From the NCBI GenBank assembly GCA_045863295.1, contig BTWA01000042.1, positions 1 through 53,536 of the forward strand: 53,536 nt of DNA, written 5' to 3'. Positions 48,144-53,536 of this stretch are shown here, piece by piece (within the stretch, counting starts at the first letter, position 1; each line of letters begins with the position of its first letter). Origin of the DNA: Candidatus Hydrogenedentota bacterium. Lineage in GTDB: Bacteria; Hydrogenedentota; Hydrogenedentia; Hydrogenedentales; SLHB01. Below the pieces are notes generated by a model. It was not told where the DNA came from. It saw nothing but the letters and a program-made list of their open reading frames with translations, and did no database searches. The translations under genes and the position numbers were made by a program.

Positions 48144-51100
48144 ATGGTCAGATTCAAGCCCTTTCTTTTGGCAGCAGCGATCGTGCTGGCGATGGTGTCA
48201 TCTCGGGGCTTTGCAGACATATTTTTGGGGGCCAAGGCCACCGCCATTGAGCACGTTGCGGCAAGGGAGTTGCAGCGTTATATCTTCAGCGTTTCCCGAA
48301 AAAAGCTGGATATCCGTATCGAGGAGACTATTCCACCTTCGGCTGAAGGGTATGTTCTGGGAACGGCAAAATCTCTACCTAAAGTGGGAGAGGCGTGGCC
48401 GTTCGGGTTGCCGGAACCCGGCGCGGACGGTTTTCTATATCACCATCTGAACGGCAAGAGCGGATTACTGGTCATCAGCGCCAGCATGCCCAGGGGGGTG
48501 CAGAACGGTGTGTATGCGCTGCTGGAAGAAATGGGGTTTGGTTTCTATCTCAGCGGTGATGCCGTGCCTTTCGAACTGACGGAGCCGGAGTCGCCACGGC
48601 ACGAAGTTGTCGTTCCTGCGTTTGTGTCTCGAGGGATCCTGCCTTGGCACAAGTATTGGTCCAGCGCCGCTGTTTGGAATCCTGCTGACTATCGAGTGTA
48701 CATCGATCAGGTGGTCAAGATGCGATACAACGGCATCGCATTTCATATTTACGACTTTCTGCCCTATGCTGCTTTTGAACTGAATGGTTCCCTTTTGGGT
48801 GGCGCTCCGCTGCCCAATACATCCTCACCGCGGTGGGGAGGCGACTCACTATCTCGTGGTCAGTTTTTGGCCGGTTCCGGCCGTTACTTTCATGATTCTC
48901 ATTTTGGCGCGGATGCATCGTTGATTGAGGTCCCACATGATGCCATTGAGGCGGGCAAGGAAGTTCTCAGGGACGCGATGGCGTACGCGCGTTCCCGTGG
49001 CCTTAGCATTACACTTGGGTTGGAGTTTCCAGAGGATCCATTTAACTCTGAGACCCAAGCCTCATGGCAAGTCCAGATTGCATCCGTCTTACATGATTAT
49101 CCGCACATTGAATTCCTGAGCTTCTGGCAGCCTGAGGGGATGGCCGCGGTGCCGTGGACGCAACCCATTGCCCGCTCGCAATGGTCTTCGCTGATGAACC
49201 ATTGGTCTCGAGAGTTCGAGGCAATGGATGACTATTTGCGCCGTGCGGAGGCAGTGCGCGTGGCATACGCAGCACGCATTTCTTACGCGATCACAAAGTC
49301 TGAGCGGCCGACGGCAGGTGTATTTCTTAGTGGACTGGACGGTGGAGGTGCAGGTGTCTTTTCCAAGGGTTTGGCAGGACTGGATGCAACATTGCCCACA
49401 TATGTAGGTCTATCTACTATAGATACGACGCAACGTCTTCCCAGTTTGGAGACCCCTCTGGAAGCCGTCTCCGCGTCGAATACATGCTGGCCGGTTCTGC
49501 GGCTTGAAGCAGATGGCGACCTTTGGATGCCACAGCCTGGGCTTGAGGCTCTTTCCACGGCGATCCAGCGTGCCGTCGCGAAGAAGTGTTCCGGGCTGAT
49601 TGGCTTGCACCACCGTGTACGGCAAGTGGATGAGAATGCTTCATTTTTGGCGAAGGCGATGTGGAATCCGGCGCTGACGGTAGATGAATTCTTAAGGCGA
49701 AGGTCGCGAGATTGTTACGGACCTGCCTTGGAGGAATCCATGACGGGCCGTTTGAAACAGCTCCAGGACTTAGGATACCGCTGGACAGGAGGGGAGGGTC
49801 AGTCCGAATCGGGTCGGCAGATTTGGCGGCCTGGCGAGGAAGCTAAACAAACCGTAGTTGCCCGTATTGCGTACGAATTGAGACAGGAATTAAAAGCGAT
49901 GGGGGTCGATCTACATCCTGTGCCGGCATTCGGTGATGGTCCGCCGCCGTCGTTGATTGCGGATGTGACGCATGAATCCAAGGCACTGCTACCTAAGTTT
50001 TCCGTGGCATTGTTGCGCGCGCCGGTTTCGGTGTTGACCAGTGGCACGCGGCGAGAAGTGCATCCTGTGTATGCAGCACATCTCGAAGCGCTTTACAGAG
50101 ACTTGGAATATGTGCTTCATATGGAGCATGCCGCCGTGCTGTTTCAGGCGGGCGGTGCGTTGGATGAAATCTCACATGCTGACGTGGGCGAACTCGATCG
50201 CTTGCTCCGCTACAGTCAATTAGGCGAGGCAATACACAGTATTGCCTACAACGCGCGTTCGCAGAGCGATCTCGGAATGATTGCCGCCATTAATGCAAAA
50301 GGTTGGACCAACCTGCGAAGACGATCAGGCCTATCTGAAGACCAACTGGCGATGCTTGAAGTGCTTCCCGAAGCAAACACGGAAGAACCTAGACTCATTG
50401 TATTGGCCGATCGCGTAATCACTGTGGGTGTGCCTGACAAGGGTATTTCTGTCTACTTGAAGACGCGGTACATAGGGAAGCGCCGGTTTGCGAGCCACAA
50501 ATTGAAAGAACTTGCGCCAAATATTTTTGCAATTGATTGGTCCGAAACCGTCAAGAGTGATGCGCCTTTTGAGTATGGCTTTGAAGTCCGGGCAGGACGA
50601 GCGTTGCGTGTGGCTTGGCCGGAAGGTTTTCCAAAACAGACCGAGACTGGGCACTGTATCAGCACGATCATTTCTGAGCCGCCCGTGGTCGTGCCGGAAA
50701 TGCCACAGGTCCCCGGGAATATTTCCGCTGCAATCGACGAGCAGCGGTACAGCGTATCCCTTAGTTGGCAAGAGCACGCTGACGCCATGTATACCGTGTA
50801 CCGGGATGGTCAACTACTGGGGGCAGTAAGCGGGGGCTGGTTTGAAGATCTGGCACCTGTGTCGAACCGCACCTCGACCTATCGGATTCAGGCAGGCGTT
50901 CCCGGAACGTCGAATCCCGCTTCATCGGAGATTGGAGTCACCGTTCCTTCCTTGCCGCTACCGGAACCGCCCGCAGCCATTCGAGTAGATACAAACGCAA
51001 ACCGTATTGTGCTCGGATGGGAGAGTGATTCGCCGCAAGCAGCGCAGTATTACGTGTGCAAGCACGATGCGAAGCGTACCTTGATTGAAGAGACCTATGT

Positions 51101-51800
51101 GGATGCGGATTTCGGGCAGTATCTGCAGATATCCGATCAAGTCTCCGCCGGCGAGATTTATACGTATACGGTGGCAGGTGTAACACCGGATGGACGTTCG
51201 GGACGACCTTCGCGCACGGTGGGAGTGATGGCGTCTCGCGTACCGCTTGAGCCGCTTGTTCACCTATCCTTTAATGATGCCTCATTTGTGGAGGGCATGG
51301 CGGACATTGCCGAAAACTATCTGGCACTGGGTGGTAGCGGCTGGGCGGAACTACCTCCACAACCCGAATGGAATCCTCAGCACGCTCTGACCGTGAGTCT
51401 CTGGGTCAAGCCGGATGACAACGAAGGCATGCCGGTGCTCATTTGCAAGGGTGCATGGCGTCGATCCGGTTATTATGTTCAACTTGTGAACGGGACGGTT
51501 CGATTTTATATGGCCGGAGTCGATACATTGGATGCAGGAGCTGTCAGGCCTGGCGAGTGGAATTTCATTGCGGCGACCTACGGATTTGGGCAGATGATCC
51601 TGTACGTGAACGGCGAACAAGTAGGCCGCAAACGAGTTAGCGGACGACCCCGTTCGAACCAATCGGCGTTGCTGGTAGGGCGCTATGCTGACAATGAGCA
51701 GACCTACTATTTGCGTGGTCTGATGGACGACGTCCGGATCTACGATGTGCCTTTGACGCCCGACGAAATCGCCGTCATGCATAAGGAACCCAGGCGTTGA
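48144..51800 (+). CDS. Large secreted glycoside-hydrolase-like protein: GH20/GH67-type N-terminal domain, TIM-barrel-like region, FN3-like repeats, C-terminal LamG
   Basis: AARELQRYI, GVQNGVYALLE, PAFVSRGILPWH...YIDQVVKMRYN. FN3-like segments (VSLSW..YTVYRDG; YTYTVAGV). LamG segments (TVSLWVKP, GEWNFIAATY, LYVNG, GLMDDVRIY). Confidence 0.75.
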   Translation: MVRFKPFLLAAAIVLAMVSSRGFADIFLGAKATAIEHVAARELQRYIFSVSRKKLDIRIEETIPPSAEGYVLGTAKSLPKVGEAWPFGLPEPGADGFLYHHLNGKSGLLVISASMPRGVQNGVYALLEEMGFGFYLSGDAVPFELTEPESPRHEVVVPAFVSRGILPWHKYWSSAAVWNPADYRVYIDQVVKMRYNGIAFHIYDFLPYAAFELNGSLLGGAPLPNTSSPRWGGDSLSRGQFLAGSGRYFHDSHFGADASLIEVPHDAIEAGKEVLRDAMAYARSRGLSITLGLEFPEDPFNSETQASWQVQIASVLHDYPHIEFLSFWQPEGMAAVPWTQPIARSQWSSLMNHWSREFEAMDDYLRRAEAVRVAYAARISYAITKSERPTAGVFLSGLDGGGAGVFSKGLAGLDATLPTYVGLSTIDTTQRLPSLETPLEAVSASNTCWPVLRLEADGDLWMPQPGLEALSTAIQRAVAKKCSGLIGLHHRVRQVDENASFLAKAMWNPALTVDEFLRRRSRDCYGPALEESMTGRLKQLQDLGYRWTGGEGQSESGRQIWRPGEEAKQTVVARIAYELRQELKAMGVDLHPVPAFGDGPPPSLIADVTHESKALLPKFSVALLRAPVSVLTSGTRREVHPVYAAHLEALYRDLEYVLHMEHAAVLFQAGGALDEISHADVGELDRLLRYSQLGEAIHSIAYNARSQSDLGMIAAINAKGWTNLRRRSGLSEDQLAMLEVLPEANTEEPRLIVLADRVITVGVPDKGISVYLKTRYIGKRRFASHKLKELAPNIFAIDWSETVKSDAPFEYGFEVRAGRALRVAWPEGFPKQTETGHCISTIISEPPVVVPEMPQVPGNISAAIDEQRYSVSLSWQEHADAMYTVYRDGQLLGAVSGGWFEDLAPVSNRTSTYRIQAGVPGTSNPASSEIGVTVPSLPLPEPPAAIRVDTNANRIVLGWESDSPQAAQYYVCKHDAKRTLIEETYVDADFGQYLQISDQVSAGEIYTYTVAGVTPDGRSGRPSRTVGVMASRVPLEPLVHLSFNDASFVEGMADIAENYLALGGSGWAELPPQPEWNPQHALTVSLWVKPDDNEGMPVLICKGAWRRSGYYVQLVNGTVRFYMAGVDTLDAGAVRPGEWNFIAATYGFGQMILYVNGEQVGRKRVSGRPRSNQSALLVGRYADNEQTYYLRGLMDDVRIYDVPLTPDEIAVMHKEPRR

Positions 51801-51812
51801 TTGCTTTTCAAG

Positions 51813-52886
51813 ATGCGTATTGGCATTAACACACTTTTCTTAATTCCTGGAGAAGTTGGAGGGTCGGAGATTCACCTTCGCGGGTTGCTGAAGAGCATGC
51901 ATGCTTTGGAACCTTGCCACGAGTATGTTGCCTTTACCAACAATGAAAACCACGGATCTTTCAGTTGCTGTCAACAAGTTCGAGTGCCTGTGAATGCGAG
52001 ATCCAGAGTACGCCGGGTTTTGGCAGAGCAGCGGCTGCTTTCTACCGCCGTGAAACGCAGTGGAATTGATGTCTTATATTCGCCGGGTTATACCGCGCCG
52101 TTGAACTGTGGTTGTCCTCAAGTTGTAGGTATTCTGGACACGCAATTTATCGACACCCCCGAGGATTTTTCGCCAATCTCTCGATTTGTACAGCGTCACT
52201 TGATTAGGCGCGCTTCGGCGGCTGCTATGGCAATCACGACTCTATCCGAATTCTCGAAATCGCGCATTGTCGCTACGCTGGGTGTAGATTCCGACCGCAT
52301 TGTAGTTACGTATTCCGGGGTAGACGGCACTTTTGCCGAGCCGAGTTCGTCTCCGGTTGAGCGGCCTTATCTCCTTTGCGTGGGTAGAACCTATCCTCAC
52401 AAAAACGCCGCACGCTTGGTTCGCGCGTTTGACCGTGTTGCCAGCGAGATCCCGCACGCACTTGTACTATTGGGAAAGCCCGATCGTGGTGAGCCACCCT
52501 CACACCCCAGGGTCAAGCGAATTTATGGTCTCGACATTCGATCGCTGGGTGGATTGTACCAACATGCAGATTTGCACGTTTATCCTTCTCTCTATGAAGG
52601 ATTTGGCAGGCCACTCGTGGAAGCTCAAGAGGCTGGGACTCGAGTGGTTGCTTCGAATGCCGCGGCAATTCCGGAGATTGCCGGATCCGGAGCAACGTAT
52701 TTCAACCCTCGAAGCGAATCGAGCATTGCCGAAGCCATCTTGGCAGCGTTGCGCGAGCCCGCGAATGTTCGAACCGGTATTATACAAGCCGGACGAGAGA
52801 ATTCACGGCGCTTTACGTGGGAGTTTTCCGCAAGGGAGACTTTGCATGCAATTCGATTGGCGTTTGAATCGAATGGAAATCGCTGA
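51813..52886 (+). CDS. Glycosyltransferase family 4
   Basis: MRIGINTLFL.PG.VGG.E, SEFSK, YPHKN, YPSLYEGFGRPLVEA, FTWE. Confidence 0.93.
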   Translation: MRIGINTLFLIPGEVGGSEIHLRGLLKSMHALEPCHEYVAFTNNENHGSFSCCQQVRVPVNARSRVRRVLAEQRLLSTAVKRSGIDVLYSPGYTAPLNCGCPQVVGILDTQFIDTPEDFSPISRFVQRHLIRRASAAAMAITTLSEFSKSRIVATLGVDSDRIVVTYSGVDGTFAEPSSSPVERPYLLCVGRTYPHKNAARLVRAFDRVASEIPHALVLLGKPDRGEPPSHPRVKRIYGLDIRSLGGLYQHADLHVYPSLYEGFGRPLVEAQEAGTRVVASNAAAIPEIAGSGATYFNPRSESSIAEAILAALREPANVRTGIIQAGRENSRRFTWEFSARETLHAIRLAFESNGNR

Positions 52887-52959
52887 ATGTGCGTTTTTTC
52901 CGTGAGTTCATTATGATTGCGCGATTCAGAACCAGCGGACGAAGAGAGGGGCCAGTTTA

Positions 52960-53536
52960 GTGGGTTCGATTTTGCGCAAGGCCATTGCATTTTCCGTCGC
53001 CAGCCCGTTCGTATTCGTTGTGATCGCGGTGGTTGGGGTATTTCTGACCCAACGATCTTTGAGCGGTGGCTTTTCGGAAGACGATTTTTATATGAAGGGC
53101 ATCTACCTAGGTTTTACTGGGTTGCCTGAGATTGAGCGCGGACCGTGGGAGACATTTGTGTTTTCCCGGGGCGATCCCGAATACAACCACGCGCTAATCA
53201 ATCGCGGCGTGTTGCCTTGGTGGACCAACCCTGAAGCGCGGATTGCATTTTTCCGGCCTCTTGCCACGTTGACGCATTGGGCCGATTACCGGTACTGGCA
53301 AGACAATGCGGTGCCCATGCACGTCCAGAACGTCGCGTGGTATGTGCTGGCTGCAGTTCTAGTAGCTGTACTTCTTCGGCGATTTATTCGCCCCTTTTGG
53401 GTTGCGGGGTTGGCGGCTCTATTTTACGTATCCGATAATGCGTTTGTAGACCCGGTGGGATGGGTGGCCAATAGAAACGCGTTGATGGCGGTTTGCGCAT
53501 CCATACTCGTACTTATTGTCCACGACAAATGGCGCA
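52960..53536 (+). CDS. GT-C fold membrane glycosyltransferase (TMTC/PMT-like), runs off the window end and is absent from the ORF track
   Basis: Manual translation from GTG: TM1, GFSEDDF (DD motif), LPWWT, FFRPLATLTHWADY, MHVQNV, VGWVANRNAL. No stop before the window end. Confidence 0.8.
   Translation, partial: MGSILRKAIAFSVASPFVFVVIAVVGVFLTQRSLSGGFSEDDFYMKGIYLGFTGLPEIERGPWETFVFSRGDPEYNHALINRGVLPWWTNPEARIAFFRPLATLTHWADYRYWQDNAVPMHVQNVAWYVLAAVLVAVLLRRFIRPFWVAGLAALFYVSDNAFVDPVGWVANRNALMAVCASILVLIVHDKWR

Noticed and set aside
52917..53129. 70 aa ORF in the track
   Set aside because: It is a shadow of the GT-C reading frame that starts at 52960 and runs off the window.
1..53536. CRISPR arrays, rRNA, IS/transposase, integrase, prophage or defence genes
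   Set aside because: No regularly spaced repeats and no ORFs with such motifs were seen.

Overview
A 53.5 kb, densely coding bacterial chromosomal segment, GC-rich with AT-rich promoter islands. It comes from a diderm (it carries an LptD-type barrel). The gene mix suggests a poorly sampled lineage such as Ca. Hydrogenedentes or a PVC-like group, but that is inference only. Recognisable core genes are dtd, ald, a PMM/PGM, purM-purL(PurS-fused type)-purQ, an L-lactate permease, two PfkB kinases, an M20 amidohydrolase, an ECF sigma factor, an HD-GYP protein, and LysR and GntR regulators. Envelope and glycan genes include GT2-TPR, GT4, a GT-C membrane transferase, a formyltransferase, an acyltransferase, 3D and SH3 proteins, a TPM pair and a sialidase-like protein. 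I found no rRNA, tRNA, CRISPR array, integrase or transposase. The most unusual items are: (1) a ~1260 aa LptD fused behind a YVTN/YncE-like beta-propeller and a long A/E/P/T linker, co-encoded with a small secreted partner; (2) a membrane Ser/Thr kinase followed by two CsgG/FlgT-like proteins with no curli genes; (3) a tandem triplet of paralogous, unassignable membrane-anchored proteins; (4) an M28-fold membrane protein that has lost its zinc and catalytic residues; (5) a plant-type glucuronokinase homolog; (6) a three-way-junction RNA candidate upstream of PMM/PGM; and (7) leaderless promoters with a YtrA-type operator. Two genes are absent from the supplied ORF track: a Pmp3/YqaE peptide at 38246..38401 and a GT-C gene running off the right end. 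All family calls come from reading motifs; no database searches were run.
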